A DNA stretch of 64,000 nucleotides from Gemmatimonadales bacterium (GTDB taxonomy: Bacteria; Gemmatimonadota; Gemmatimonadetes; Gemmatimonadales; GWC2-71-9). A program made the position numbers and the translations under genes. The stretch is taken from contig DATJVM010000006.1 of the NCBI GenBank assembly GCA_035501775.1, forward strand, positions 111,948 through 175,947, given 5' to 3'. Below are positions 63,382-64,000 of the stretch, piece after piece. Every line of letters begins with the position of its first letter. Within the stretch, counting starts at the first letter, position 1. The notes under the pieces were generated by a model. That model was not told the DNA's origin, did no database searches, and saw only the letters and a program-made list of their open reading frames with translations.

Positions 63382-64000
63382 TCAGGCGCGGGCGACTCCG
63401 CCCTCCCGTGTCGCCGCCCGATAGACCAACGAGGCCGACACCAGGTCTTCCACGGCGAGCCCCAGTGACTTGAAGAGCGTCACCTCGGTGGCCGACCGGC
63501 GACCCAGCGCCGGATCGGCAATGAGAGCGCCCAGCTCGGTCACGGGAGTATTGGCCGCGATGATATCGCCGGACTCGACGCGAGCCGCTGCCTCCGAGTC
63601 CACATAGAGGCGCGCGCGCCGAAGCGTATCATCGTCAAGCTCCCGCCAGTCCGGCCGGCAGGCCCCCACGGCGTTGATATGTGCGCCAGGACTCACCCAG
63701 CTTCCCTCAAGGACCGGCTGCTGGGAGCTCGTTGCCACTACGATCACGTCGGCGCCGTCGAGGGCGGCCTTCGGTGTCTCACAGGCGACGACACCATGCG
63801 CCCGAGCGAAGGCGGCCGCGTTGCGCGGGCTCCATACGCGGACCTCCGGAAAGGAACGAACCAGCCGAAGAGCTTCAAGGTGGCTCCGGGCCTGGACTCC
63901 CGAGCCGAGCAGGCACAATACGGGCGCGTCTGTCCGTGCCAGGAGATCGGTGGCGATGGCGGACACCGCGGCCGTTCGGATCTCGGTGATATACGTGCCG
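63382..64000 (-). CDS. ornithine cyclodeaminase / mu-crystallin family protein, 5'-truncated by window edge
   Basis: The frame is open to base 64000 (GTYITEIRTAAVSAIAT). LLGSGVQARSH Rossmann motif. INAVGA. The ORF-track Met at 63966 is an internal GTG. Confidence 0.9.
   Translation of the reverse strand, partial: GTYITEIRTAAVSAIATDLLARTDAPVLCLLGSGVQARSHLEALRLVRSFPEVRVWSPRNAAAFARAHGVVACETPKAALDGADVIVVATSSQQPVLEGSWVSPGAHINAVGACRPDWRELDDDTLRRARLYVDSEAAARVESGDIIAANTPVTELGALIADPALGRRSATEVTLFKSLGLAVEDLVSASLVYRAATREGGVARA

Overview
This is a very GC-rich bacterial chromosomal segment. The protein repertoire includes many DinB, GNAT and SnoaL/DUF4440-like proteins, a DUF1080 protein and a YXWGXW lipoprotein. 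That mix is reminiscent of Gemmatimonadota- or Acidobacteriota-type soil bacteria, but the taxonomy is inference only.

I support about 110 mostly short genes. All but five are on the minus strand. They are packed tightly, with many 4-nt ATGA/GTGA start/stop overlaps. Most plus-strand entries in the ORF track, including one of 673 aa, are antisense shadow ORFs typical of high-GC DNA. Many long minus-strand ORFs carry spurious Arg/Pro/Ser-rich N-terminal extensions, and I trimmed these to internal ATG/GTG starts.

Content is stress, detoxification and envelope housekeeping:
- a 5'-truncated RND efflux pump, an aquaporin, beta-carbonic anhydrase and hemolysin III
- quinone oxidoreductase, glutathione peroxidase, MsrB, dodecin, pirin and heme oxygenase
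- a macro-domain protein, an isochorismatase, a NUDIX hydrolase and an SDR
- several SAM methyltransferases, 5 GNATs and 4 DinB proteins
- many lipoproteins and small membrane proteins
- a 5'-truncated ornithine cyclodeaminase at the right edge

I found no rRNA, tRNA, CRISPR array, transposase, integrase, phage gene or canonical defence system.

The candidates most worth a second look are:
1. An orphan DisA_N/DAC-like protein with a large unrecognised N-terminal region and an altered catalytic motif. It abuts a SAM methyltransferase (12549-14483).
2. A highly basic AP2-like small protein, divergent from an orphan heme oxygenase across the most AT-rich spacer in the window (34819-36104).
3. An XRE/DUF2178-like operon behind an AT-rich operator with 21-bp phased repeats (59637-60374).
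4. A VOC gene destroyed by about four clustered frameshifts (48333-48687).
5. An uncharacterised HExxH protein (26017-26619).
6. A tight NUDIX-ICMT-hydrolase-kinase-unknowns gene string (41069-44752).

All family names come from motif recognition by eye. No database search was possible, so none of these is demonstrated to be a novel system.
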